From: Nitrospinota bacterium
Lineage (GTDB): Bacteria; Nitrospinota_A; UBA7883; JACRGQ01
Assembly: GCA_016212275.1 (NCBI GenBank)
Contig: JACRGR010000010.1
Span: 5,593-69,592 of the forward strand
DNA: 64,000 bases
Direction of reading: 5' to 3'
Under the pieces are notes generated by a model. That model saw only the letters and a program-made list of their open reading frames with translations. It was not told where the DNA came from and made no database searches. A program made the translations under genes and the position numbers. Every line of letters starts with the position of its first letter. Positions within the stretch are counted from its first letter, which is position 1. Below, piece by piece: positions 8,291-19,200 of this stretch.

Positions 8291-9652
8291 CTATTCCTTT
8301 TTCTTGGGCGGCATTTTCAGATCTTTCAGTCGCTCTTCAAACACCGCTTCGCGTCCGTGCGGCGAGGGGGAGTAAAACTTCACGTTTTCCATTTCTTCCG
8401 GCAGGTAGCTTTGCCGGACCCAGTGGCCGGGAAAGTCGTGCGGGTATTTGTACCCTTTGCCGTGGCCCCACTTTTTCGCGTCGCTATACGACGTATCCCG
8501 CAAGTGCGCGGGGACCTGTGGGGCGGTGCCGCTTTCGCGCAGGTGCCCCAACGCGGCGTCCACGGCGGTCACGGTGGCGTTCGATTTCGGCGCGCAGGCA
8601 ACGTATAAAACGGCCTGCGCCAGCGGGATTCGGCCCTCAGGCAGGCCGATTTTCTCCACCGCTTCGGCGGCGGCCACCGCCAGGATGAGCGCGGTGGGGT
8701 CGGCGTTTCCCACGTCTTCCGCGGAGGTCACGATAAGCCGCCGCGCGATGAAGCGCGGGTCCTCGCCCGCTTCGATCATCCGCGCCATCCAGTACAGCGC
8801 CGCGTCGGGATCGGAACCCCGTAGCGATTTTTGAAAGGCCGAGGCGTGATCGTAATGCGCCTGGCCGTCCCGGTCGTACAGCAAAGCCGCCTTTTGCGAG
8901 ATCTGCTCCACCAGAGTTTTGTCAATCGTGCCGCTTCCGATAGCAAGGGCGCAGGCCTCCAAAAGTCCCAGGGCCACCCGGCCATCACCGGCGGACAGGT
9001 GGGCGATCTGTTGGGTCGCTTCCTCGCCGATGGTCACGTCCCATTTGCCGAGGCCATGCTCGGCGTCTTCCGCCGCCATTTTCACGATCTGGACAACCTC
9101 GTCGAGCGAGAGCGGTTTTAATTCCACGATGGTGCACCGCGACCGCAGGGCGGGGATGATGCCGAACGCGGGGTTCTCGGTGGTGGCACCAATGAGTGTG
9201 ACAAGGCCGCTCTCCACATGCGGCAAAAGCTGATCCTGCTGGGTCTTGTTGTAGCGGTGCAATTCGTCAATGAACAGCACCGTTTTTTTTCCGTTGGCCG
9301 AATGGTATTTCGCGCCGCTGATGGCCTCTTTGAGTTCCTTCACGCCGCTTTCCACGGCGGAAAGCTGGACGAACATGCGGCCGCTCACGTTCGCGGCAAG
9401 GCGGGCAATCGTGGTCTTGCCGGTGCCGGGCGGCCCCCAGAGCAAAAGAGAGCCGAAACGGTCTTCCTCGATGAGTTTCCGTAAGGGTTTGCCTTTCCCG
9501 ACGGCGTGCGCCTGCCCCACGAACCGTGCGAATGTTTTGGGGCGCATCCGCTCCGCCAGCGGGCGCGATCCTTCCGGAACTTCGGGCTTTGGCTCCTCGC
9601 CGAAAAGGGAGGGGTTGTCTTTCACGATTGGGTCTCCCGCTGATCCATTCAC
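8291..9652 (-). CDS. rarA: Replication-associated recombination protein A (RarA/MgsA AAA+ ATPase)
   Basis: 453 aa with Walker A LLLWGPPGTGKTT, Walker B VLFIDELHR and the MgsA C-terminal domain (DGQAHYDHASAFQKSLRGSDPDAALYW). Confidence 0.85.
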   Translation of the reverse strand: MNGSAGDPIVKDNPSLFGEEPKPEVPEGSRPLAERMRPKTFARFVGQAHAVGKGKPLRKLIEEDRFGSLLLWGPPGTGKTTIARLAANVSGRMFVQLSAVESGVKELKEAISGAKYHSANGKKTVLFIDELHRYNKTQQDQLLPHVESGLVTLIGATTENPAFGIIPALRSRCTIVELKPLSLDEVVQIVKMAAEDAEHGLGKWDVTIGEEATQQIAHLSAGDGRVALGLLEACALAIGSGTIDKTLVEQISQKAALLYDRDGQAHYDHASAFQKSLRGSDPDAALYWMARMIEAGEDPRFIARRLIVTSAEDVGNADPTALILAVAAAEAVEKIGLPEGRIPLAQAVLYVACAPKSNATVTAVDAALGHLRESGTAPQVPAHLRDTSYSDAKKWGHGKGYKYPHDFPGHWVRQSYLPEEMENVKFYSPSPHGREAVFEERLKDLKMPPKKKE

Positions 9653-9703
9653 GCATTATACCAGCGGAAAGCGGAAGGGGAGACGACGGATGGTCGCTTT
9701 GCT

Positions 9704-10990
9704 TCAGGTCTTGAACTGGTCCACTAGTTTTTTCAGGTCGCCCGCCAACTGCGTGAGGTTCTGCGCCGAGTCGTAGGTCCTCTGCGTGTCCTGCGAGGTG
9801 GATTTGCTGATCTCCGCCACGCTGTGCATGTTCTTCGAGATCTCTTCCACGGTCTTTGACTGCTGTTCCGACGCGGTGGCGATATGGCTCACCATATCGG
9901 CGGAATTTTGCACCTGTTCCACTATGCTCTTGAGCGATTGGCCGGTCTCATCGGCGGAGCGCACGCCGGACTTCACTTCGTCCATGACGGTTTCCATGCT
10001 CATCACGGCGTCCTGCGTGTCCGCCTGTATCTTGCTGATCATCGTGGCGATCTCCTTGGTCGCCTTGGTGGTGCGCTCGGCCAGCTTGCGCACTTCGTCG
10101 GCCACCACGGCGAACCCGCGCCCCGCTTCGCCCGCGCGCGCCGCTTCGATGGCGGCGTTGAGCGCCAGCAGGTTCGTCTGGTCCGCGATGTCGTCGATCA
10201 CCGATACGATCTCGCTTATCTGGTCGGAGTTGTTCCCCAGCGCCTGTATCACCTTGCTGGATTGTTCCATCGAAGAAGATATCCGGTGGATGCCCGCGAT
10301 GGTCTCTTGCACCACCTTGGAACCCGCCAGCGCCGCTTCCTTGGCGGCGTTGCTGGATTCCAGCGCCTGGTTGGAGTTCTTGGCTATTTCCATGATGGTG
10401 GACGACATCTCCTCGACGGAGGCCGCCACATGGGTGGACTGTTCGTTCTGCTTTTCGCTTCCTTCCGCGATGTGGCGGGCGAGCACGGAAAGTTCCTCGG
10501 CGGAACGGGTCACGTCGGACGAGCTTCCATTGATCTTGTGGATCATCTCTTTCAGGTTTTCCTGCATTTTGAAGAGCGCCTGCGAAAGCCCGCCGATCTC
10601 GTCCTGCCGCGTGGTGTCTATCTGCGAGGTAAGGTCGCCGTTGGCGATCCGGTCGGCGGCTTCCGATATCTGGTTCACCGGCGTGACCACCGTGAACCGG
10701 AAGAACATGTTGAGGACTATAAGGTTGATGGCGATGAGCACCACAGCGGCGCCGATAGCGAGGTTGCGCGTATTCGAACTTTCCTGCTTGAGCCGTTCGA
10801 GTTCGTTATTCTTCCGTTGTTTATCGGCGGCTATCTGCTCTGGAGTGCCGGTGGAGGACTGGCCTTCGAGCACGGCGGCCAGTTCCGTCATGGCGGTATC
10901 GGCCTGCCTTACGTTTTGGTAAAGCTGGAACGAAGCCTGCGCCACGAGGAACGCAAGGAGGATAAGGAATATCTTTACCTGGATGGTCAT
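9704..10990 (-). CDS. Methyl-accepting chemotaxis protein (TM-HAMP-signalling domain)
   Basis: Highly conserved MCP hairpin region ([40 protein letters not shown]). The ORF opens at a TTG at 11038; the ATG at 10990 ([16 protein letters not shown] helix) is preferred. Confidence 0.85.
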   Translation of the reverse strand: MTIQVKIFLILLAFLVAQASFQLYQNVRQADTAMTELAAVLEGQSSTGTPEQIAADKQRKNNELERLKQESSNTRNLAIGAAVVLIAINLIVLNMFFRFTVVTPVNQISEAADRIANGDLTSQIDTTRQDEIGGLSQALFKMQENLKEMIHKINGSSSDVTRSAEELSVLARHIAEGSEKQNEQSTHVAASVEEMSSTIMEIAKNSNQALESSNAAKEAALAGSKVVQETIAGIHRISSSMEQSSKVIQALGNNSDQISEIVSVIDDIADQTNLLALNAAIEAARAGEAGRGFAVVADEVRKLAERTTKATKEIATMISKIQADTQDAVMSMETVMDEVKSGVRSADETGQSLKSIVEQVQNSADMVSHIATASEQQSKTVEEISKNMHSVAEISKSTSQDTQRTYDSAQNLTQLAGDLKKLVDQFKT

Positions 10991-11077
10991 GTGACCGCTT
11001 CCAAACAACCCTTTGCCTGAACTTTTTGCAGTATCCAAGAATGCCCCCCTAATTTTCCCCTACATTCGGTTAGATGT

Positions 11078-11107
11078 ACTTTAGGGAACCGGAACCGCTT
11101 CTGTCAA
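11078..11107 (-). promoter_or_regulatory. Candidate sigma70-type promoter for the MCP gene (TTGACA-N18-TAAAGT)
   Basis: The minus strand reads TTGACAgaagcggttccggttcccTAAAGT, about 90 nt upstream of the MCP start. Confidence 0.3.
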
Positions 11108-11162
11108 GTACTCTGTCATTATTTTATTGTCCCAATTTGAGCCAAGCCCTGTCCTCGGTGAA

Positions 11163-11696
11163 TCATTTTCGCTTGATCATTGAGTACAGTTCGTACCCGT
11201 TGAATTTTTCGGCCCCGCTCAAAAAGCACAATTCCACAACGAACGCGACTCCCACCACCTTCGCGCCCAGCTTTTCCGTCAGGCTTATCGCCGCGCGCAT
11301 GGTGCCGCCGGTGGCCAGCAGGTCGTCCACCAGCAAAACCCGCTCTCCGGGCTTGAAAGCGTCCTTGTGCATCTGAATCTCGTTCGTTCCGTATTCCAGC
11401 GCGTAGGATTCCGATATGGTGTCCGCGGGCAGTTTGCCCGGCTTGCGGATCATGGTCATGCCGCACCCCAGCCGGTACGCCAGAGCGGCGGCGATAACCA
11501 GCCCGCGCGCTTCCACACCCGCCACATGGTCTATTTTTTGCCCGGCGTATTTTTCCGCGAGGGTGTCAATAATGCTTTTGAACGCCTCGGCGTCGTTGAA
11601 CACAGTGGTCACATCGAGGAACAAAATCCCTTTTTTGGGAAAATCCGGCACCAGCCGTATTCTCCGTTCCAGTTCTTCCGCGGAAAGTTTTGCCAT
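11163..11696 (-). CDS. apt: Adenine phosphoribosyltransferase
   Basis: MAKLSAEELERRIRLVPDFPKKGILFLDVT... with PRPP-binding loop VLLVDDLLATGGT. The ATG at 11696 is preceded by GGGGAG. Confidence 0.9.
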   Translation of the reverse strand: MAKLSAEELERRIRLVPDFPKKGILFLDVTTVFNDAEAFKSIIDTLAEKYAGQKIDHVAGVEARGLVIAAALAYRLGCGMTMIRKPGKLPADTISESYALEYGTNEIQMHKDAFKPGERVLLVDDLLATGGTMRAAISLTEKLGAKVVGVAFVVELCFLSGAEKFNGYELYSMIKRK

Positions 11697-11975
11697 TGGC
11701 TCCCCCAAAAAATAAATGCCACGTTTTTTCCGCCCTTCCGGGCGGCGGATGACAGTGTACCAGACCCTGCCATATTTCAGCCAGTTCCAATCATCCCGCG
11801 ATTTGGGGTAAAGCGATTTTGCGGATTTTCCGAAAAGTAATCATTGACGGCGGAAAAATGCCGGAAGCGGTAAAGTTTTCCGGATTCGCGCCGATGAGAC
11901 TTGTGCCACAGCCTCATCCGCTTAAGGGTGGGGAAAAAGGAATTGACGTGGCATTGTAATTGAAGGGATGCAAAA

Positions 11976-12899
11976 GTGGGACTGTTACTGAATAATGCGC
12001 GGCTCACCGTAAACGCGGGGAAAAGTTATTCTCCGCCCGTGCAAAAAATAAAACCGGCGCGCACCAGCATTGCCGAGGACGCGGTGTTCATCCCCAAGCC
12101 GCACAAGCGGGTGGATTTTAAACTGCAATCCGGAGCGCCCGGCGAGACCGGTGCGGGCGGCGCGGGTGGCGGCGAGAATGTTTCGCTAAAGCCGCTTGGG
12201 TCGCACGGCGTTACCGCCGAGTTTGGCTCAAACGCGCAATTGGCCAATGGCGCGCCGAAGGTGGTTATGGAAGTTATCGCCAATCCGCAAAAGGACTTTT
12301 CCGTCATCTCCACGCAAGAAGAAGGGCGGCAAAGCCATAATGCCAGCACGGTGAATTTCACACAGGCCTACGATGCGTATGGCAGGCCGCGCATCGGGTT
12401 CAGCCGCGAGCCGTACGATTTCGCCTTCACCAAATGGATGATAAAGACCTCGCAACTGAAGTTCCAGCAGAACGTGGCGGAGTCACAGGCGCAATTCGAC
12501 AAGTATGCCTTTGACCCCAAGTCGTTGACCGACCCGAACGCCCAAAAAGTTCAGGATGCGGAGCAGGCGCTTGCCACCGGCACGGTGGAAAAGGGGATGG
12601 TGACGCCGGACCCGCAAAAGCTGGTGAACGGCAACGCCGTGGGAGAAACAAAAACCGTCGGCGCAAGCCCCGAAGAGGCCGCGAAAATGATGGGGATAGA
12701 CGCGCAATCCGTAATGGTGCCGAACGCGGTGAAAAAGGACGGGAAGGAATCGCAAAAAGACGGCGGTCAGGAACCTTCCGAGCTGACGAAGGACATTTTC
12801 AAGCCGCTCGACCAGTTGGGCGGATCGAAAGCGAAAAAAGAACTTTACGCCGACCCGGGCAAGCTTCCGGAATCGGGAACCATTTCCGTTTCCGCTTAA
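11976..12899 (+). CDS. Hypothetical protein (low-complexity, Gly/Lys/Gln/Pro-rich; no recognisable domain)
   Basis: 307-aa ORF with a GTG start. It is the only long ORF in this interval and its composition looks coding. I recognise no motif. The start is uncertain. Confidence 0.45.
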   Translation: MGLLLNNARLTVNAGKSYSPPVQKIKPARTSIAEDAVFIPKPHKRVDFKLQSGAPGETGAGGAGGGENVSLKPLGSHGVTAEFGSNAQLANGAPKVVMEVIANPQKDFSVISTQEEGRQSHNASTVNFTQAYDAYGRPRIGFSREPYDFAFTKWMIKTSQLKFQQNVAESQAQFDKYAFDPKSLTDPNAQKVQDAEQALATGTVEKGMVTPDPQKLVNGNAVGETKTVGASPEEAAKMMGIDAQSVMVPNAVKKDGKESQKDGGQEPSELTKDIFKPLDQLGGSKAKKELYADPGKLPESGTISVSA

Positions 12900-15800
12900 C
12901 CGGCCAGGCAGAATTCCGCGAACGCGCACCGGCGGTCCGGGCAGGCGGCACGCTCGGCGGTCGGCAGTGATTTCGCCCCGCGCAGTTCCTTTTCAAGCCC
13001 CGCGATCTCCCGGCAGGCCGTGTGCGCGTCTTTTTCCACCTGCGCCAGAAGTTGCGCATCCAGCGTCCAGCGGAGCAAAGCCGGTTTTCCTTTCAGGTAT
13101 GCGACGGCGCAATCAACCGTTTCCGCGCCGGTGAGGCGGGCCAGCGCCAAGCCATACAGGTTCACTTGCAAAGCGGCGGAGGCGGAGGGGGAGCCGCCGC
13201 TGTGCGTGGTGAACTTGTAATCCAGCACGCAGGGGATTCCGTCCTTGTCACGCAACAAAAGGTCGATTTTCCCCTCAAGGAAAAACGAATGACCGTTTGA
13301 TGGAAGCGCGCAGGTGAACGGAATTTCGCGACCCGACTCGCGCTCCCCCCGTTTATAAAGCGGCTGTAACAGATGGTACGCCGCGAGCACCGCCTTGTGC
13401 GCTTCCCCGGACCGGTCCACGCCCGAAAGGAGCGGCGTGAGCGTTTCCCGCGCTGATCTCGCAAATACGGTTTCCGTCTGGTTGAAATCCAGCTTTTCCA
13501 GCGCGGTATGGATCGCCGATCCCGCACGGGCGCTTTTCCCGGCGTTCCCCGCCGGGGAAAGGCCGAAGATGTGGCTCAAAAGGTATTCGCGCTTACACCG
13601 TTTGAAGGCGGTGATGGCGCTAATGCTCACGAACAGGTTTCCCGTTCCCGCCATGCCATCTATCGCGGCGGATTCCGGCGATTCAACGGGGACGACATCC
13701 GCTTCACCTTTCAATATGTCGTACGCGCGGGCGGAAGGGGCGGCCACTTCGGGTGCCATCGCGCAATCGGCGACGGCGATCAAACCAGGATGCCGTTCCG
13801 CCATGCTTTGCACCGCCTGCCAGCGATCCTGGGAATTCTTTTTCCGCGGAAAGCCGCTGAGCACCAGCCGGTCCTCCGCCCGTGTGCAGGCAACGTAAAA
13901 TATCCGCTGGTCGTCTTCCTTCCCGCGTTCCTTTTTCAGGTCCGTCACTTCCCCGAACACTTTCCCACCGTACGATCTGCGAACCGCCCGATCCACATAT
14001 TTCACGGCGATTCCCGCGCGCTGATCGAAGGCCACCGGGGTATTTTGTCCCCCTCCGCCGCTATCAATGTCCGGCACGAATACCACGGGGAACTCCAGTC
14101 CCTTCGATTGATGGATGGTCATGATGCGCACCACGTCCTCCTCCGGCCCGGCGGCCACGGCTTGAGGCTCATCCGTTTCGCCCTCCATCAGGCTGGCGAT
14201 GCGCCGCACGAAATTTTTTAGCGTGGCGGTGCCGCCTGCTTCCACGGCGCGGGCCATTTCGATGAGCTTGAGTACGTTCGCCACTTTCTGCATGCCGTTC
14301 GGTTGTGCCCCCAAAATGCCGGTGAACCCGCTATTTTCGATTATCCCTTCGATCACTTCCGAAACGGTCATCCGGTCTTTCGCATCCCGTAAGCGTCCGG
14401 CCCAGGAAAAGAAATCCTCCAGCTTGGCCCGCTCCGCCGCGTCCGGCACGATCTCCTTCAGCTGGCGCGCGTCCGGCATCAGATCGCTCCGTAGCGCGCC
14501 GTCATTCCCCCGGCGCAAGGCCAGCACTGTTTCATCGGAGCACCCGGCGAGCGGGGAACGCAATGCCCCCACCCACGCCAATAGGTCCGAAGGGTTTTCC
14601 ATACACGCAAGCACCGAAGCCACGTCCGCCACCTCCTGGCTTTGAAAAAAACCGGCGCCGCGGTGGACTACGGCCGGCACCCCCGCGCAACGGAAGGCGG
14701 ATTCGTAGAGCGGCAGGGCGGTAAATTTCCTGAAGAGCACGGCCATATCGCGGTAATGGAACCCTTCGCCCGCCAGTTGCCGCATTTTCGCCGCCACCAG
14801 CCGGGCCTCCTTGTATCGGCTGTCGTCGGTGCTCTCCAGCGGGGCGAAAGTGATCCATTCCACGCCCGGCGCGCCCGCGGCAGGCCGGTTGGATTCGCAT
14901 ACGTCCGGCATGGAAAATATTTCGGGTGCGTGTTCATTGAAAAACCCGTTCGCGAACGCCACCAGTTCCGGCGTGGAGCGGCGGTTGGTGGCTATGGGGA
15001 ACAACGCGCCGCCGTTTTTCTGGATGTCGTCCCGCGCCTCTTCGAAGACGCGCACTTCGCCGCCCCGGAAGCCGTAGATCGCCTGTTTCGGGTCCCCCAC
15101 GATGAACAGCTTTTTTTCCCCCGGCAGGGCGAGCGCATAGATGATCTCTTTCTGTAACCGGTTAACGTCCTGGAACTCGTCCACCAGCACCGCCAGGAAC
15201 TTGTTGCGGTAGCCGTCGCGGATGCGCGGATTGCGGGTAAGGAGCGCAAGGGCGGATTCCTGAAGGTCGTCGAAATCGAGCAGGGCGCGGTTTTTCACCG
15301 TCCGCGCGTACCATGCGGCGAACTCGCCAATGATCGCGGCCAATTGCCGCGCGAAGGGGCGCGCCAGTTGCGAGGCGAGGCATTTTGGTATCTCCGCAAG
15401 CGTTTCCTTTAACGCTTTTGCTTCGGGGTGTTTCCTGAAATTCTGGAGATTGAGGGTGGCGGGCAGTTGCGAGGCGATGTGGAGGGCCTTCTCGCCTCCC
15501 GCCCCGCCTTCAAGGAGACGAAGGCCGCCGCGCACCTCTTCCAGTATTTCTTTGGCTTTGCCGTTTTGGACGTTCGGCAAGAGCGTTTCGGTCTGATCGT
15601 TCGCCTTTTGCAGAAGGGAGCGGTAATGTTGTACCGCCCCGGCAAAAAATGTTTCGTAGCGCGCCATCAGCGATTGCTCGTTCATGTCGGCGGCGCGCAC
15701 CAGCGGAAACAGGCCGTTGACGATGGTAACAAGCGAACTCTCGAATCCGCCGCTCTTGGAGAATCCGTAGCGGTATGCCAGGTCGAGGAGCACGTGGTCT

Positions 15801-16273
15801 TTTTTCCGCAGGCGGGCGAGGAGGAACTGGTTAAGCGCGCGCGACATCAGTTCCGATGAGCGCGGTTCGTCCATGATCTCGAACTGCGGGTCGAGTCCCG
15901 CCTCCACCGGGTTTTCGCGCAGGATGCGGGCGCAGAAAGAATGGATGGTGGAGATGTAGGCGTGGGAAAGCCGCCGCCGGGCGCCAAGCAGGTGGTTCAG
16001 TAGCCGCCGATTGCCGGGGCCGCTCTCCTTTTGTTCCGTCTTCCCCGCCGCGGCGAAAATGCGTTTCGCGATGCGGCGGCGCATTTCATCCGCCGCTTTT
16101 TCCGTGAAGGTGATCGCCAGGATGCCGTCCACCTGCGGGTACTTTCCCTCGCGTTCGGCGGAAAGGACGCGGAAAAATTTTTCCACAAGAAGATAGGTCT
16201 TGCCCGTTCCCGCCGAAGCGTGGATGCAGGTATCGCCCCCGAAGGCGAGTATTTGTTCCGTGTTGTCACTCAT
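12896..16273 (-). CDS. addA: AddA-type UvrD-family helicase with C-terminal PD-(D/E)XK nuclease domain
   Basis: 1125 aa with Walker A HASAGTGKTY and UvrD motifs (VDEFQD, TIHQSKGLEF). The C-terminal nuclease has IDLLL...VLDYKFT, QVNLY and the Cys set KRC...CPDRRCAFAEFC. Confidence 0.8.
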   Translation of the reverse strand: MSDNTEQILAFGGDTCIHASAGTGKTYLLVEKFFRVLSAEREGKYPQVDGILAITFTEKAADEMRRRIAKRIFAAAGKTEQKESGPGNRRLLNHLLGARRRLSHAYISTIHSFCARILRENPVEAGLDPQFEIMDEPRSSELMSRALNQFLLARLRKKDHVLLDLAYRYGFSKSGGFESSLVTIVNGLFPLVRAADMNEQSLMARYETFFAGAVQHYRSLLQKANDQTETLLPNVQNGKAKEILEEVRGGLRLLEGGAGGEKALHIASQLPATLNLQNFRKHPEAKALKETLAEIPKCLASQLARPFARQLAAIIGEFAAWYARTVKNRALLDFDDLQESALALLTRNPRIRDGYRNKFLAVLVDEFQDVNRLQKEIIYALALPGEKKLFIVGDPKQAIYGFRGGEVRVFEEARDDIQKNGGALFPIATNRRSTPELVAFANGFFNEHAPEIFSMPDVCESNRPAAGAPGVEWITFAPLESTDDSRYKEARLVAAKMRQLAGEGFHYRDMAVLFRKFTALPLYESAFRCAGVPAVVHRGAGFFQSQEVADVASVLACMENPSDLLAWVGALRSPLAGCSDETVLALRRGNDGALRSDLMPDARQLKEIVPDAAERAKLEDFFSWAGRLRDAKDRMTVSEVIEGIIENSGFTGILGAQPNGMQKVANVLKLIEMARAVEAGGTATLKNFVRRIASLMEGETDEPQAVAAGPEEDVVRIMTIHQSKGLEFPVVFVPDIDSGGGGQNTPVAFDQRAGIAVKYVDRAVRRSYGGKVFGEVTDLKKERGKEDDQRIFYVACTRAEDRLVLSGFPRKKNSQDRWQAVQSMAERHPGLIAVADCAMAPEVAAPSARAYDILKGEADVVPVESPESAAIDGMAGTGNLFVSISAITAFKRCKREYLLSHIFGLSPAGNAGKSARAGSAIHTALEKLDFNQTETVFARSARETLTPLLSGVDRSGEAHKAVLAAYHLLQPLYKRGERESGREIPFTCALPSNGHSFFLEGKIDLLLRDKDGIPCVLDYKFTTHSGGSPSASAALQVNLYGLALARLTGAETVDCAVAYLKGKPALLRWTLDAQLLAQVEKDAHTACREIAGLEKELRGAKSLPTAERAACPDRRCAFAEFCLAG

Positions 16274-19200
16274 CGGCTTGCACCTCGCGCACTTCGATGA
16301 TTCGGCACACCCGCGGATAGGGGCAGAACACGCACCCGCCGGGGGTGACGGAAAAATCGCCCGATTCCATTTTTTTCACCAATGCGATGATTTTCCCGCC
16401 GAACCGCTCGTCCCCTTCCAGCGCGGCGAGCGCGGGCGGGGGCAAGGCGTCGAACATCGCGGGAATGTGCTTGGTGATGGCCGGTTCCTTTTTCAGGAGG
16501 CAATAGGCGGCGTATCCCCCCGCCGCGTTTCTCCCCAGATGCTTGAGCGCCGCGAAAAGGTACAGCGGCGCCTGGAAGCTGGTTTCGCAGAATGTTTCCG
16601 GCTTTAGCAGGGCGGCGTACACCGCCTTCCCGGACGAATATTTGTAGTCGATCACGCGCAGGAGCCGCGATTGCGGCAACCAGTCGACGCGGTCGATCTT
16701 GCCGGTCAGCCGCACGGTTTCACCGCCGCAGGCAAGCGTGGAGGGACGGTCCTTCCCGCCGAAGGCATACTCCGTCGCCAGCACCTCGAACGGCTCGTCG
16801 CCGTAGAAGGTTTCCTCGTCCGCCACCAATCGTTCAAGCGCGGTGAGAATCTGTTGTTTGGAAATTTCCCACAGTTCAGGTTCCACGGCCACCCCCTCTT
16901 TTTCCATGCGATGGAACACTTCATCGGCGCATTTCCCGAGCGCCGCCAGACGTTTGGCAAGGGGCGGCAGGGGGCGGGTGGTCTTAAATCCATGATAATA
17001 GTTTTGCAAAATATGGTGGGCCGCGTTCCCCTCTTCGGTGCGTTCGGTCTCGGCGGTGGGAATGGGGGCCGGCTCGCACTCCAGCACGCGCGACATGAAA
17101 TAGCGGAAGGGGCATTCCGCGTAGCGCTCGAGCGCGGTGGGGGAGTGTGTCCGCCGGACCTTGTTCCTCAGGTAGCCCATGAACGGGGCGCTGGATGGTC
17201 CGTCCAGTTTGCCGGTAAAGCGGTTGGCGGCCCGCGCGCGGATGGCGGGGTCGAACTCCGCGTAGAACTTTAGCCGCTCCCGTTCGATGTTGCTCCGTTC
17301 GCACGCCATCAGGAAACCGGGTTTTTGGGCGAAGTGGCGATACCACGAGCGGAGGGCGCCCGCCTCGTCCGCGCCGCGCGAAAAAAGGTCCGCCAGCAGT
17401 TTCGCCTCGCGCGCCGAGGCGTCCAGTTGCGAGGCGTACTCTTTTTCCAGCGCCACCGGTTTGGTTACTTGCGGCTTGATCTCCGGCCATGCGTCCATAA
17501 TCTCTTCCAGAAAAGGGGAGGGGAGCAGTTCCCTGCCCGCGAGATCGGTGGCGCTGTGGGTGAGGACGAGCTTGGTTTCCGCCGCGCGGGCGGCGAGGTA
17601 AAAGATGAACGCCTCCTCTTCCCACGATTCCCCCAGCCGCGAAAACACCATGCGGCCCGGCGCAAGGCGCGGCGTGCGGGCCAGCAGGGCCTCGGCATGG
17701 TTTTTGTTGAAGGCGCTTTTCTCCGCCTCGCCCAGGATGGAGCCGCGTTGCAAACGCAGGGGAAATTCGCCGTCGTGCAGGCCGCAAATGAAAACCGTCT
17801 TGAAGGTCCGTCCCGCCAGTTCATGCACATTCAAAGCGAACACATGGTTCCTGCCGGGCCACTCCGGCGTGTGCGCGTTTCCCAGCGAGTTCAGCAAAAG
17901 CCGCCGCATGGCCTGCCAACCGAAATGGGCGTTCGCCATCCCCAATTCACCGACGGATGTCTCCAGTTCGCTCCACGCTTCATCGAACGCCGATCTGCAC
18001 CATGCGTCGCGCAGGGAAAACGGAGCGCTGGCGGCAAGGGGGCGGGAGGCCAGCAGTTTAACCACCGCTTTGAATGCGGCGATGCAGGCGCCCGCGCGGG
18101 TGGCTTTTTCAAGTTTTTCAAGCGTGGCGACGAGTTTCAGGATTTTCGCAACGACCGTTTTTCCTTTTTTGCCGCGATGCGCCGATGAGAGCCGCTTTTT
18201 CCAGTACGCGGGGGGGCCATTGGTCACGCCCGCGGCGAACAGCAGATTCTCCGCTTCGTGGTCAGCCACGCCAGCGGGCAAAAACGCGAAGTAGGAAGAG
18301 GTTGCCAGTTTGGCGATCTCGTCCCGGTCGTACCCGGTCTCGATGGCGCCGAAAATCCCCAAGAGCGTCCGCACATACGGATTGGCGCGCACCGGCACGC
18401 CGCGCCGCAGGTACACCGGGATGCCAGCCCGGCGGAACACGTCCTCCACTATCTGGCCGTATTTTTCCAGGTCGCGGAACACGAGGCAAAAGTCGGACCA
18501 CTCCCGTCCTTCCTTCATCAGGAGTATTTTTTCCGCCACCTCTTCTATTTCGCGGTACCGTCCGGTATTTTTCAATATTTCCACGGCATCCGAAAGGCCC
18601 ACGATGGGGGCGGGGCGTTTCTCGCCGAACAGCGAAGCGCAAAACCCCGCCAGCGGGGTGGGGGCGGAAGAAGGTTCGTCGAACCTCAATTCGATATTTC
18701 CCGCATCGTCTTCCAGGCTCTGGAATTTCCGGATGTCGCGCTCGGCGAAATCGAACACGCGGCGGCGATCGTCCGGCAGGGGAAATTGGAGGATCACCGG
18801 TAATCTTTGCCCCAGCAGACGGATAAGCTCGAACCGGCTGGGCGCGAAATGAAAAACGCCGTGGATGTGTATTTCACCGAACCGCGACACACACCGCGGC
18901 GGGGCGGCAAGGGCGGCCATCCGCGCCAGAAGCTCCGCCATGATGTCCGCGCCGTCGCGTGCGCCGTTTTTCCGCAGGAGCCTCTCGTACCGGGCGAAGA
19001 CCTTTTTCAGCCATTCTTCTTTGCCGGGCGCAAACCCCTCGATATGTTCCAGTTCATCCGCGGTGACCAACCCCAGCTTGATCTGGTGTATCACCTCGCC
19101 CGTGGAGCGCACGAACCCTTCGGTATCCCCCGCCGGGGGGCGGTGCGGGGAGTAGCTGGCGGCCTCGTGCAAAAGGAGCCAGCGGCGCACGTCGCTCACC